DNA from: Gracilinanus agilis
Taxonomy: Eukaryota
DNA: 63,867 nucleotides
Assembly (NCBI RefSeq): GCF_016433145.1
Contig: NC_058132.1
Span: 64,002,948-64,066,814, forward strand
Reading direction: 5' to 3'
The translations under genes were made by a program, and so were the position numbers. Below are positions 63,400 through 63,867 of the stretch, piece by piece. Within the stretch, counting starts at the first letter, position 1. Each line of letters begins with the position of its first letter. Below the pieces are notes generated by a model. The model did no database searches, was not told the origin of the DNA, and saw nothing but the letters and a program-made list of their open reading frames with translations.

Positions 63400-63867
63400 A
63401 TTGCTTCCCCTTTTATTTCATTAAGATCATCATGTAAATCATTCTCCAGGCTGTACTTACTTTATTATGTATCAGTCCATGCAAGCATTCTCAAGTTTCT
63501 CTGAATTCTCCACATTTGTGATTTTTGACAACATAGTAACACATTCTGTTACATTCATACACCACGATTTGTTCATCCATTTCCTAATTGATAGGCACAC
63601 ACTTTTCTTCTAGTGCTTTGCTACTAGAAAAAAATGCCGCTATAAATATTTTTCATACATATGAGACCTTTTCCTCTCTTTTCGTGAGGATTCTTGAAGC
63701 AGTTCCCATTTTTGCTGCTACTGAGCTGCCATCTTGACTCCACTCTCTTTTCCTATTTTTGACTTCTTTGGAGTATATGCCTAATTACTGCAGTACTGCT
63801 GGGTCAAAGGATTTATTGACATTTTTATTATAATTTTTAGGTTCTTGGTTTTCTTTTTTCTTCCTGA
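63400..63867 (-). mobile_element. Old L1 3' region
   Basis: Antisense L1 (CACCACGATTTGTTCATCCATTTCCTAATTGAT...GCTATAAATATTTT). Confidence 0.6.

Overview
Marsupial genomic DNA; the SINE, LINE and hAT repeats point to opossum (Monodelphis-like). It is syntenic with human 1p36.11. Five protein-coding genes can be assembled with GT-AG introns and consistent phases: C1orf232 (- strand, 3 exons, last exon outside the window), ZNF593 (+, 133 aa), the 63-aa single-pass membrane microprotein ZNF593OS (-), CNKSR1 (+, 21 exons, 723 aa) and the 5' part of the sperm Ca2+ channel subunit CATSPER4 (+, 7 exons, runs off the window). The rest is mostly nested transposons: SINE1_Mdo, MAR1, MIR, L1, L2, CR1/L3, a roughly 6-kb decayed RTE LINE and hAT MITEs. 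Nearly all ORFs in the supplied track are spurious. Gene identities and comparisons to human, mouse and repeat families come from recalled sequences, not database searches; repeat boundaries are approximate unless a TSD is given. Main observations: two small uncharacterised genes conserved to marsupials flank ZNF593; CATSPER4 has a 162-nt intron inside what I recall as human exon 1; a 1.7-kb polyadenylated, TSD-flanked piece of foreign genomic DNA is retro-inserted in the RTE; a 163-bp, 98%-identical inverted duplication lies in an ancient L2; and a MIR-tail-derived 33-bp minisatellite encodes 11-residue repeats. I found no clearly new multi-gene system.
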